A stretch of DNA of 64,000 nucleotides from Sphaerodactylus townsendi (taxonomy: Eukaryota). The DNA lies in contig NC_059430.1 of assembly GCF_021028975.2 (NCBI RefSeq), positions 41,850,001-41,914,000 of the forward strand, read 5' to 3'. Positions 12,151 through 25,300 of the stretch are shown here, in pieces. The position numbers and the translations under genes were made by a program. The notes beneath the pieces were generated by a model that was not told where the DNA came from, did not search any database, and saw only the letters and a list, made by a program, of their open reading frames with translations. Every line of letters starts with the position of its first letter. Positions within the stretch are counted from its first letter, which is position 1.

Positions 12151-13380
12151 GCCATTTTGCAGATTGGATTTTGCCACATCACAATGACTCTCAAAAAGAA
12201 GTTGTGTTGTTCTATTTGCTGTTCAAATGAAAGCAGAAGTCTTGTCAATAACAAAGCTGACCTGCTTTCTCTGGTCCAACAGCATCCTGAAATACATCCT
12301 TTTGTCAAAAGTGCTGAATGTCCAAGGTTTGATTGTGAATTTTTTTGGACTGTCATGGCCTTCTATGACTATCCTTTTATTCCAAATCTGATTCAGTAAC
12401 TGATAAGTGAACTAAGTTACAGGACAAAATGTGAATGAGGTATGGAAGTTGCTCATGAAAGTCATGGGTTGTCTCCTGATGATCTGCTCTGCTCCACTAG
12501 AAATGGTATTTTCCCATGGGTAACGGGAAATGCTGAATAGGCCCTTATTGCCTTATGGGCCTTTAGAAAACTTCTTGCACTAGATGAAAGTCTCTCTGTT
12601 AAGCTCTAACCCCCTTATCTTTATTATAGTAGCCTAATATTGTACATGTAGGTTTGCATTCAGGAACTACAGCCAGTTAATTCTAATGTATCTGTTGAGT
12701 AGTACAAGTCACGCTTATGCAAGTATACAGGTGTTTTCTACTTGATGCAGCATCTGAACATAGATTGCCATCTCCTTAAAACCGTGTTCTCAGGGAAGAA
12801 TGGGGAATGTTACAAGTGGAATATGCAAGAGGCAATTGTAGGCCACCACTGGACTTAAAGGACTTTTGGTCTGATACACCCCCTGCGCTTGGAAATATGA
12901 TTCAACCTTTCCCAAACAGTATAATTGTAGAAAAACATATTGAGTAGCTTCCTTTTCATAAAACTGACAAGCTTCCACTATTACAAGTAATAGTGTTTCC
13001 ACTACTATTGCACATTTGAAAAAGACTTGCATTTAGGCCTGGTATGCAGGCACAGTAGCATGTAGTTGCTCTCAGGAAATCATTCTCCATTGGGTATTAA
13101 ACATATATTTTAGCAGTTCATTGAGAATTGTAAGAATACTTTCAAATTTCTGTTTCATTAGGCTATCTAAACTACACTATGAATATTTTTATATACATAT
13201 GATAATTTTACAATACCAAGCAATCATTAAGGCTTGTGATTCTTCAAGTAACTCATTTTCCCATAGCCCACTGAGGTAGATATACACTGTCTTCATTAGT
13301 ACCCAGAAGCTGTGTGTAAATTATCAACTTGCACAACTTTGCTAAGATACCATACCGATGATTCATTTGGCATTTTGACA

Positions 13381-16300
13381 TCACAGTGGAAAAGGATGGA
13401 ATTTCTTGGCTGCAGATTTATGAAGCTTGTTCCTAAAGGGGAAAGGCTGGTCTAGGTACTGTATTGGGTAGAGGTACCACATTACTACCCCAGAGGGGTT
13501 AATGACCACCGTGAAATTGTCAGCAATCTTCAACCCACTGATTATGTCACCAGTGTAGACATCTTGTACCTGCCAAAAAACAAAGAACTGTTAGGCCCAG
13601 TGAGTGTGCCCTCCATTCTGAGCACCTAGGTACCAGTGGACTCCAACAGTAATCAGATCAGAGGATCATGACAGGATAATAAGATGCTATCTTATGATGA
13701 GACACCCACATTTTCAAGGGAGACTCATGAAAGAGTTGTTTGACACCAAGGGCTCTCCCATTATCCAAGCCAAGTTGAACAACTAGCCCTTATATTTCCT
13801 CTAGCATTCCAAATAACAAAGGTCTTCCTTATATAAACCTTGGTCAGCAGGATAACACCCATTCTAACTCTGAGTGCATTCTTGCGTTCTGCTCTCTCTG
13901 ACCCCTGCTCCACTTGCCTCCTCCTCTTCCATCACCACACTCCCCTTTCCATTTGTCCCCTGGCAGCTCCTGTGCACCATGTTGCTTCTTTCCCCTTTCC
14001 TTAGCCTTGCTTGGCTCAGCACTCACCCCTCCAAACTATCATTCTACCTGCTGTAACTGCAATCTCCAGTTCAGCCCTATCTTTCCCCTCCCCAATCTGC
14101 AATCCTTTCTTTCCCCCCTTCTCCCTGTCCCTTTCCCTCTTGAGGGGACACCACATACACCCATATTATGTGTGGCAATTATTTCAATGTTCTCCCTTGT
14201 ATTCCTCAATGTGTGTTCGACTGCTTTTTTGTTACATTTCCAAAGCTGAATTTTATTCCATTCTCTAGCTCTGCCTCTCTTTCTTTCCATCCCTGTATTT
14301 AATAAATACTTAGTTCAATTAAAGTGTCTCTGTCTTATATTTCCACAGTTATCATCCCAAGCATGGATCTGCAACTTGAATTAGGATCCTAAACCCAGCT
14401 CAGGAGGTGCACACGTGAAGGACACACGCAGTCACAAACATGCTGGATAACACAGTGATTGAGATAGAAAGTACACAACTGTTCAATTAATAGTTAATGA
14501 GACATACTTTAAATATATAACTGGCTGAGGCAAAATAAGCACACTGTAGTACCACACAAGTAGATAATGTTAAATGAGACGATGAGAATGCAAAGGCCAC
14601 AGTTGAGTTTTTTTTCCTCACCAACACCAGCTTTAAAATCAAGGCGTCTGACCCACTTGAGAAGCAGAACACAGTAACTGTTTCACAATAATGCTACCCA
14701 AGAATGGAATCCCAACTGTACCGACAAGGTGCATTTTAAAACACCAGAAGACCTCATATAGCACTCTCATCTCCTTGCACGCCACCTGTCATGGACCACG
14801 CCAGGTTAGTGTAAAACAATAAGTCCCAATCAGATGGGACCTGTGTTCAAGGCCTGCTGAGCAGATTCCTCAGTATCTCCCCAAAGGGAACATTTGCCAG
14901 TGCTGCCACTGCTCCCTCAGTCTGCACAGCCTCCAAGCCAGGAAAACCTACTTGCTGTCAGACCTACCACAACCTGCCCCAGAAATGCATGCCTGGAAGC
15001 CCAAAGCCTCCCCTTGGATAAGGAAGCACCAAAAGAAGCCAAAAACTTCCTGCAGAATCTGGGCCCTGCCGTTCCTTGTGAGTAGAGGAACTGACTCAGT
15101 TTGCCAGGTGAGCCTAATGTTGGATCCAGCATTACCTGCAGGAAAAACCCCTATATAAGCCTGTGGTGTGGGATCCAGATGAGCTTACCAGTTGCGTGAA
15201 CCCTATGATGCTTGTTGCCTTTGGACTTGGCTGCTGAACCCTGTCGGCCAGGTACTATTGATGTGACAATCTGCAGTTGCCCAGGGCTTTGCCTCTAGTC
15301 TGGTGACAAAACACCACCCCTCCACAATCAAATTCGCCTCTCCTCACAAAATCTCAGATGATTTTGTTTAGCCTCATGTACGCAAACACACAATGTACCC
15401 AGCACCTAATTTGCACAAGCAAGTAGAGGTGTGGTGACCATTTGCAATACAACAATATTCACCACAACTTAATGGGTACTGTACACATCTGGAGATTGTC
15501 CCCTCCCTCCCATCAAGGGTGTGTGCACAGTAGAGCTTTCAACATGAAAAAGCTCCAACATAGCTTCGTTTAAAGTACTTACCACAATGTCACTCAGTTG
15601 CAGCCCCTGAGCCTAGGGCAAGGCACAAGATGAGGCACAACTTTTAGAATTAGTAGGAGGGATCCACATGGGGAGGCAGTGAATAATATTTTCTCCAATA
15701 ATAACGTTAAGAATGCAGCACTGCAAGTATCGATAACTCTTTGGAGATTATATGCCCAGTATACACAGCATGTGTTCTTAAAGGCCTCGTTCCACAGTGG
15801 ATTGCCACCTGACAGCTAGCATGTTAAGCTGAAAACTGCTATGAGATGCTGATGGTTCTTTCTTTACTTACCTCATAGATGGCATTATGTGTATAATTGA
15901 GGTGGGCAAGGGAGGTGGTGTAATGGTATGGCATGTCTGTCCTCCGGCTGAAGAAAACCAGAGCACTGGCTGAGTGGGAGAGTGGCCTCAAGAACACTTC
16001 TATGTGAGATTTCTCCTAGGAAAGCAAATTAAAGAGTATGAATCACTAACAGAAAAGCTACCACTTCCAATATGTTCGTCACTTGTCTGAGGTCTCTAAA
16101 CCCTCTACAAAAGCTCCCAGGTTAGAGGATCTCCAAGAAGTGTATGAACGCTGGCCCCATGGAATCATATGGCGTGCTCAGCCAGACACAGAACCCAGGT
16201 TTCTCTTCTCACCTGAAGGATTCTGCGTCCCTGGATTCCCAGGGGATCTTGGTTGATTTTGATCATTAGCTTGTTCTGTAGAATCTCCTGAGAACTTTGA

Positions 16301-19300
16301 GAAATGGTACGGAGGTCTGTTGATAGGAACAGTGGAGCAGCAAGGATAGTCCATAAGGCCATCTGGGACTGAGACTGTTCCTCACTGAGACCAAAGTTTC
16401 CAATGATTAGCTGCAGGACACAGGTAGGAAGGGGGGAAAACCCAAGATAAAAGTCAAAAACCCAAGATAACAGTCAATAGAAAAGGTTGAGCTTGGAGAC
16501 CCCTCTGGGTTCACCATACGAAAACTTGACCAACTAATTCATTACCCCTGTGGTTGAGTTATCTAGAGCCAAGATGTATCTACAGATGTCCTAAGAGGAT
16601 ATTGTTAGGGCTGGATGTATACCCAGGGCACATCTTGCTAACACAGAAAATAAGATTCGGCACAGAATTCACCCAAGTATTTAAACGTTTCTTTTTCAAG
16701 AAACACACAGTTTCTAATCTTTAAACTCTCTAAAGACAGGTATCCTCTGCCTATACATTTTCAAGCCTGGTAAAGTCTCAGAAGATAGAAAAGTTACACT
16801 TGAGGGAATGAGCAGCATTTCAGGGGGAGGGAGGGGAGATTGTCTGAGCACTATGTAGCTCTTTGTCTCTCCATGTAAACAGTTGAATTAAACAGCAATT
16901 TAACATTTATATAGTGTTTCACAAACATCTTGTAATCTTTACAACAACTCTGTGAAGGCCAGCATTTTAATCCCCATTTGCTAAGGTGGGAGTGAGAGAG
17001 GAAACTTTGGATCAGAGGCAATATATGAACAAAGGGCCAGCTGGATCACAGCTTGTTCTCTTTGCCACTATCCTATCCCTACTCGAGGCACAATACGGCA
17101 ATCTGCTTGGAGGTGGTGCAGCATTTTGATGGCACACATTCTTTTTAAATACAGGCTATACAGCCCTGGCTAGAAGGATGAGCCCTTTAAGAATTTCCAA
17201 GTGTTTTGAAGAATAACTTATTTATGCTTTTACAATTATACCACACCTTTCTTCCATTACAGAAGACATGGTATCTAGGAGTCCCATCCAAGAACTGACC
17301 AGAACCAGACCTTTTTAGCTTCGGTCACAGCAGCATTTTCTTGAAGATTGGGACAGAAAGTTCATTTCACTTACAGTGCAATCCAGAACACAGTTAGTCC
17401 AGTTTAAGTCCACTGAAGTCAATGGGCTTAGACTGGTGTAACTCTGTTCTGTATTGTACTGCTAGTCTTGCACCCAGTCATGTAAGATGCTGAGAACAAA
17501 CCCTGCCAAGAATTCTATGTAACTGCATTTTCAATCTTTGCATCTTTCTCTATTAAATTCTAGTTTCCATTTCAACATCCTTGGCTTAACTTTACCATGT
17601 CTGGATCATTCCAGTGGCCAGGGCCAGCCTGTGGTTGGAGATCATCCTGATGCTTTGAAAACCAATCCACAACGGAGAGGACACTGTCCCAAGAGTCTTG
17701 GATGTCATCATAGTTTCGCCAGAGATTACAGATGTTGGTCAGGAGGGTGTAGTTTACCTGGAAAATGGTGTGCAAGAGAGTTTGTTCCAGAGTTGGACTG
17801 TTTACACTATTAAAATCACATGAAACAAGAAGTATTCAGAGAGAAGACCCCACTCTACTGTGCTTGTCAGGAGTTAAGTTGATGACAATCCAAGAGTAAT
17901 CACCACCAAAAGTTTTGATTTTTAATTAAAATGTGTTTGGCTATCTAACTGGAAAGGTGACTAGGGCGTGCCATCAAGGAAACCAAAAAATGGAAATCGC
18001 TACGGCAATTTAAGAGATTATGTTAACAGCCAGAAAATGTGGGACTCTGCAAGGCATAATTATTACATGGGGTTTGGGGAAACATTTCTTCAAGTGAATG
18101 TATCCTGAACTGAGACGTATTAAGAAGTCAAGCTCTCTATTCCTGTCCTATGGAAAAGAGAAGTACTGCTGCATCAGGCCAGTGGACCAATGATCCCAGC
18201 ACTAGACATCCTTGGGATGCTCCCAAAACAGGGGACATAATGGATGGGGTTCTCCTTATGGTATACTTTATTGTGTAAAAACATGCACAGCATTGTACAG
18301 AGTACCGTACAAGTTCTTCCTGCCCTGAAGTACTTACAAAAAAAAAAATCCAAGAAAAATATTATCTAGGAGGTGCAGAGAAAGACTGGGTGTTCGTTAA
18401 GATACATGTAGTTAGATTTCATTTCAGTATGTGAAATGTATATTTCACAATGTGACCAAACTACGATGGCCTCAGAAAAAAGATACTAGAAGAGAAGTGT
18501 AGAGACGAACTCCTTGTGGTTAGTACAGAGCAACTGTGACTGACTGTCTGGTTTTTCCAGAGAAATGCTGTGGAAAGAGCAATACCATAATTTATCTCAC
18601 TTGTGTTTCTTTTTTCTGTTCCCTTCTGATGACTCCCATCAAGAAGTCTGCTATCATTGACTCAGCCCCCTCCTCAACAGGAAAGGTCACTCCTCGTTCC
18701 TGACATGACACTGAGCAACTGAGACATTCAGGCAGATTCCGCATGGGCCAAAAACAGCAGTGGGAAAAAAGTGGGAAAATGGTGTGAAAACGGTGTAAAA
18801 GGATTTAAAACGGTGTAAAAGGGTTTACACCATTTTCACATCTGTTTTTGGCCTATGCGGAATCAGCCTCAGAAGCAGTGAGATTTCTCACTGCCTTTCG
18901 AGGGTTTCCAAAGACCAGTACTGGATCAGAAAGAAATGCTTGCTGCTAGCCAGGTGAAAGGATATACTTGACATGTTTCCGCTTACCCTCTCCCCATCAT
19001 CAAAATGAATAGTGAGGAGCTTCAGTTCAGAATTCTGAATGTGGTTCAAAAGGCAGGTACTGCAGCATGGTTTAAACCAAGGGAAAAAAAGTACATCCCC
19101 AGTGCCTTCTCAGTGATGCCTCACCTGAGGTGGAATCCCCCCTCGATATGCTGGCCAACTACAGGAATAGGCAATAAGGCGGCCTGTTGCATTCAGAGCT
19201 CTGGTCATTCGAGGATAACCTTTTATGGACAAAGAGTGATAAAATATCAAAAGTACTGTCAAGGTAAATTGCTATGGGATATTTATAAACATATGCAGGA

Positions 19301-22300
19301 TGGGTGCAAGCTGAGAAGAACAAAGGCATCTTTCACCTCACAGATACTTCTCCAATCCAAGGCTGGAATCAATCCAAATCACTAGGCCTTTCCCTCTAAT
19401 AACAACAGCATGTGCTACTATATATTCCCACTATGTAAAACATTTTGCTGGAAATCTGGTATTTTAAAAGGGGCATATCTCACAACAGTTATCTTTTTCC
19501 CCCGGACCACAGCTTCCGAACTGTTTATACAAAAGCTTCATTTTCACAATGTAGCTAGAAGCACCCACCCAACATTTTACAATCTAGCGGCATGACCTAA
19601 AATGTTTCTCAGATTGGGGTCAATTGGTTGCTGGGGCCTGCAAGCTATTTGTAAAGACAGTCATAGTCCTTTTCTCATGTCACCTGGCTAATGTGAAAAG
19701 ATTTTCTAAGGCCCCTTCTGCACACGCAAAATAATGCGTTTTCAAACCACTTTCACAACTGTTTGCAAGTGGATTTTGCCATTCTGCACAGCTTCAAAGA
19801 GCATTGAAAGCAGTTTGAAAGTGCATTATTCTGCATGTGCGGAATGAGCCTAAGAAAGGGAGTGGGGATTTTAAGGGAAGGGGAGATAATAGATTTCCCC
19901 CTGTTTCAAAGTCTAAGAACTAGCAGAGCTGCCACCATTCACATAGCTTACACTACTAGTCCGACAATGTACCAATTGGCTGCTGAGAACCAATAGCTCA
20001 ATTCTAAAGATTCTAGTTGAGTGGCACCAAGGAAGGACAGTCCTAATACAATCACCTAAAGTGCTTCAGGTATAAAATTGAATTGGTTTCCACTCTATTT
20101 TCCAATGCAAAGGATTTCAGCCTAGAGAATGCACTTTACATCAATAGAAAATAATAACTAATGGTGGCATCAATTGAATTCTGTATGTTCAGGTTTTATG
20201 AGACCCTTTCTATGACCCCCTCTGAAAGTTCTTATAGGCCCTTTTAAACTCATGTTCATCCAGTGTCTATGTAGAAGTTATTAACCCATAAGCAACTTTC
20301 TTGTGGTCTCAGACACAAACTCTCCTCCACTCAAGGGGTGAAATTAGTTAGAACTTCAGACAGGGACTTCTGTGTTGTGGCCCTATTAGAATCAGCTACT
20401 CTCTGAGATCTGACATTGTAGACAAGATACAGTCAATACAGACACTTTACAAGGTTCTTTTAAAATCTAGTTCACTACATTGTTTTGAGGATACAAGGTA
20501 ACTGATATCTCTTTGGGGCACATTTGGATTGCTACACAAAGGGGGTTGTCTGGTTTGTAGTGGGCACCAGTATGAGATTAATTGACCTACAACAGTCTGT
20601 CAGTATGAGAGTAATTGACCTACAACAATCTATCAGTATAAGAGTAATTGACCAATTGGGGGAGGCTGGTGTGTTACAGAAATGGCCAATTTCGAACATG
20701 GCTCTATTGGGAGCCACTTTGGATGAACTTCAAAAATTCAGCAAGAAAATGAACAAATTCATAAAGTAGCAGAAAGATTCCTGTTGCTTTTTAGGACAGT
20801 TTAAAATGGTGCAACTATAAAAAGGGTCTTCAAAACTACAATGCTGAAGGCTATGGATGAACACTGGGAACAGAAGTGGGCAATCTAGCGGGCAGTCTAT
20901 ATAGCTCACTATTGGATGTGCATCTGTTTCACCATAAAGGAAATATGCTCATAGAGCATCTCCAAGAGTCAGGGTAGACTAACAGTCAAAGAGATTTAAA
21001 TTATGATTTCAATCTAGTTTACCGTTTTAAAACCTGTATCTTCATAAGCATGTTTGCAACACAGGTTAACAGCCAGCCACAGTGAGGTGAAGTAGTTAAA
21101 GTGTTGGATTAAGATCTGAGTAATCCAGGTTTGAACCCCCACTAGGCCATGGAAGTTTGCTGGGTAACCTTGGGCCAGTCACTCATTTTTAGACTAACCT
21201 AACTCACAGATAAAATGTTGTGAGGATAAAATGGAGGAGGTGAGACAATATAAGCTGCTTTGGGGTCACATTGGGGAGGAAGGCACACTGTAAAAAAGCA
21301 AATAAATAAATAAAAGATAAATAAACCACATTGGTTGGCTGCTAAAGTGACCATTATGCCAGCTAGGAGAATGTAGCTGGCTTATGGCAACCCCAGGAAG
21401 GGGCTTCCAAGACAAGTGAGAAGCCGAGGTAGTTTGCCATTGCCTTCCTCCTCATAGCCTTCCTTGGATTTGACAAGATCTATGCCACCTTCCCTCCTCA
21501 GCTAGGTGTATACCAGTAACATATCTGAACAGGTAACCCACTCACACTACAGAGTAACACTTGCTCAGAGAGATTTCTGTTTGGCTCTCTGTACATATGG
21601 AATTATATTAAACCAAATTATTTACTTGAAGACTAAAACTGTATGCAAAGCAGGGATTACTTCTAAATAAATATGTTATTTATGGGGCTTGTAAGGGTCT
21701 CAAATCAATCACCAAGAGTTACTAGGAAAATATTTTTTAAAGAGATGGTTTTTAAGAATTTACATTGTTTATTTGGAAGAGTTATGTATATTCATATTCA
21801 TTTCAGAGCCACGGTAACTGGAAAAATGCAAAATAGGTTTCCATGGATGCTGAAATATTCTAGATCGTGTGTATGCTGATTTACTTTTTCCCAAGTTCAC
21901 TAGCAAGCCCAACACAATATACGGCCTATTTATCATTGATCATGTTTAACCTCAGAAGTCACATTCTTGCCTGGCCCTGCCAACCTTTTCTGTACATTCA
22001 CACATAAAAATAGATTTTAACATGTTTGTTAGATACTCATGATTCAGTTTCACATAAATAGGCTGACATGCTTTGTATAAAATTTAGATTATTATAAACC
22101 AGTTTATTTGTAAACAGACTGTTACTATAATGGTTCAAATAAAAAATCTGATCTTTAAAAACAAACTTATAATTAATTGTAACTGTCGTTACTAATGACT
22201 GAATGAGTTTTATGTATATGTGAATCTGAATTATAATTCTGTTCTTTTGTCTTTATATTTTAAAATCTATAAATAAAGCATTTTAAAAAACTTCTCTTGA

Positions 22301-25300
22301 GCTTATATAGATTGGATTTTAATTCAATTTGGTCAGGCAAGGGAGCAGCACAGGAAAGAAGGGTGAGTGAGATAGAGACAGATGAGGTAAGCCTTGGTTC
22401 TTACCTTCAGCCTGATCTTTTGCTGACGAGTAGCAGCCATCTAGCTTCAGCATGTCTACTCCCCATTCTGCAAATGTTAAAGCATCCTGTTCAATCCGAT
22501 CCAGTGTAGTGCCAGGGTACCCACCACAGGTGTGGTTACCAAGGTCACCATAAATGCCAAGCTTCAGCCCCAGTGAATGCACCTGCCAAAATAAATTGTG
22601 ACTTCTCAGTTACTATACTTCCTTTTGCAATTTTTTTTGTAACCAATGCTTTACTATCCTTGAGATAACAGACTGAGCAATTTTGTCCATTTTTGGAAGG
22701 GAAGGCCTTGTTGTTCACTTCAAAGGTTTATACTTCACGGGGCACACGACTAATGTTCTCCAAGAACAAATTCACACACAAGCAATCAAGGTATGTGCTG
22801 ACAGAATTATGTAGGAAAATACAATTATGAACCAGGGTCAAAAAGCCACAATTGGCAGCAATTTCTGTGATTGTAGCAGTACTTTTTCAGTTGCAGCATT
22901 TCTGTTGACTACACTGGTTTACTGCCAACATCACATTAAGCTTCCCTTTCTGCGTGTATATCCATGAACATGCGTTCATGTGTAGGGATAAATGCTCTGT
23001 ATGAAATCAGTCTCAGTGGGGCTCCTTCTCCTTTCAAGTTGCCAGACTATAAAGATCTTGCTGAGTAAAATTTAGGCAAGTACAAACTTTTCAATGATAT
23101 ATCAACAATGATGTCTGAAGATATGGTTGTGTGGGACGAATACCAAAATTATGCTCTTTGTCACTATCACTAACCCCAACCTTTGTCTCTCTAACCCAGG
23201 TCAAGCTCCTCAAATTGCTCCTTACAAAATTAACCTACCATCACAAGCATACGCTCTCTCTCACAAATCATATTTATTTTGGCTACTGCAGAACATACAA
23301 CTGAAGTTGGAATTATTCTTTCTCCCACCCCCTTGCCTTGATTTCTAGAAGGACAGCACACGGGCATGAGAGGTTCTGCTGCCTTTGAGGAGGATGCTTC
23401 TCCATTCCCCAAGACTCCACCATGGCTCCAGCCATCCTCCCCAATCTCCTGCAGTGTCTACCTTTTTTGCCTGTGCTAAGAGGATATTGTTCCCTCCAGT
23501 CCCAGTAGTAGAGGACATTGAGGAAAAGCAAGTGAAAGCACTTGGTGAATTTGATTAAATTTTCCACAAGCGATCCATTGGTTCAGCCTCGGAATTAAAT
23601 ACATTACAGCTCTTAATCCTTTAAGAAGTCATGCTTTAGGAGTCCAACATTCACACTGCTTAATCCTCATGCCTCAATTGAGGCTTTTTCAAAAGTGACA
23701 GATAGACCTCCTAGTTCTTCTGCACCAGAAGAGTCCACTCACATAATCCGCTAAGGCTTTGATCCCACTAGGGAACCTCTCAGGATCCGGAACCAGTTGT
23801 CCTTTGGCATCCCGCTCCTTTGCCATCCAGCAGTCATCTATGTTTACATACACATAGCCCAAATCCTTCCAGCCATCAGTCACCAGGCAGTTTGCCATTT
23901 CCATGAATAGCTTCTCACTGCCTCAGAAAGAAAACAGAAGTTTCTTTTTAAGAAAGCTGTAGTTGACCTTACACTATTTGGAGCAATATGAAGAATAAAA
24001 GGTACAAACCCAGCAATCCTACAGAGCTGCACACTGTATTGAAATAGGCTTCCCATTGGTCTTGCTATAGTCTGTTCTTCCACAAGATGGCAGATTTATC
24101 TCCATCCTCTGCAGTCTGCTTCCTGATGACATGGGGAGTGTTTTATCTTACAACCCACAGAAACCCCACTTTGCAAAAGCATAAGAAGTCTTAATTTGTT
24201 CAGAAGCTGCACTAACAAGGAAGTGAAGCAGTTAAGTAAAGGCTGCTTCCCTGAGACTCCACAAAACTTTTGGTACAGAAATGCACCAGGAGCTATGACC
24301 ATTTGAAAACTAACCTGTGAATGTGACCCTGCATAGGCCCTATATCACATGTATTTGTACACATACCATTTTCTGTACATTTTTTAAAAATCCTTAGCAT
24401 ATGAAATGCCCTAAACAGCAATCACTGAACTCAGCAACTAAGATCCTAGTGCAAAATATTACAGGCAGAGGCCCATTTTGGAACTCCTCATTCCATAGCC
24501 AGGTATTTTCCAACCCAACCGCAGCAAAAACTGCCTTTTAGAAATTGCTGGTCAAGGAGGGAAATATAAACAGGACACCACCACTAATAAAAGTCCTTTA
24601 TTGCTTGATCTCAGATGGCTGAAGACCCAGAGATGGCTTCCAAAGCAGGTCTCAAAGGACATATAGGCCAGTTCATTCATGAGGCAGTCTTTTGGGAGGC
24701 AGCAACCGCCCTCCCATCCCTTTGCTCTTTGCAGCTGCCTCTATGCTAAGAGATGATACTTTCCATCTCTTCCCCACAGCCCCTCTAAAAGCAGCACAGC
24801 AAGATATCCATTAGGGCTTTCTAAAGTCTTCTGTGATCCCTTCCTCTTGCAAATTTTCACCATCATTTTGGAAAACCTGGCTGTACTGCGAGAAGTCCAA
24901 CAATCAGGAAATGAACAACTTGCCACAATGGTTTTAGAAGGCATGGGGGGAAATGAAGAAGCCAGAAAGCATTAGTTCCTCTGGCTTTCTGGTGTGGAGG
25001 GGGCAGCAGTGGTCTCAGGCAGCAAAATGACTTCAACTGCCCCTGCTGAGGGCCCAAGCTCTTTGGGGTCCAAAGGTCAAAATCTGTACCTTGAGTTGTA
25101 CTTGGAAATGTACAGCCAACCAATGCAAATCTTTTATCCTGGGGTGATACAATCAAACTGACATGCTCGAAACAGTAATCTAGGGACCACATTATTAATC
25201 AGTTGACATTTCTGAGCAGTTTCAAGGGAAGCCCCAAGCATACTCAGGGCAGTAATCTAGAGCAGATGCTACAACAGTATGGCTAACTGTGGCCAGGTTA

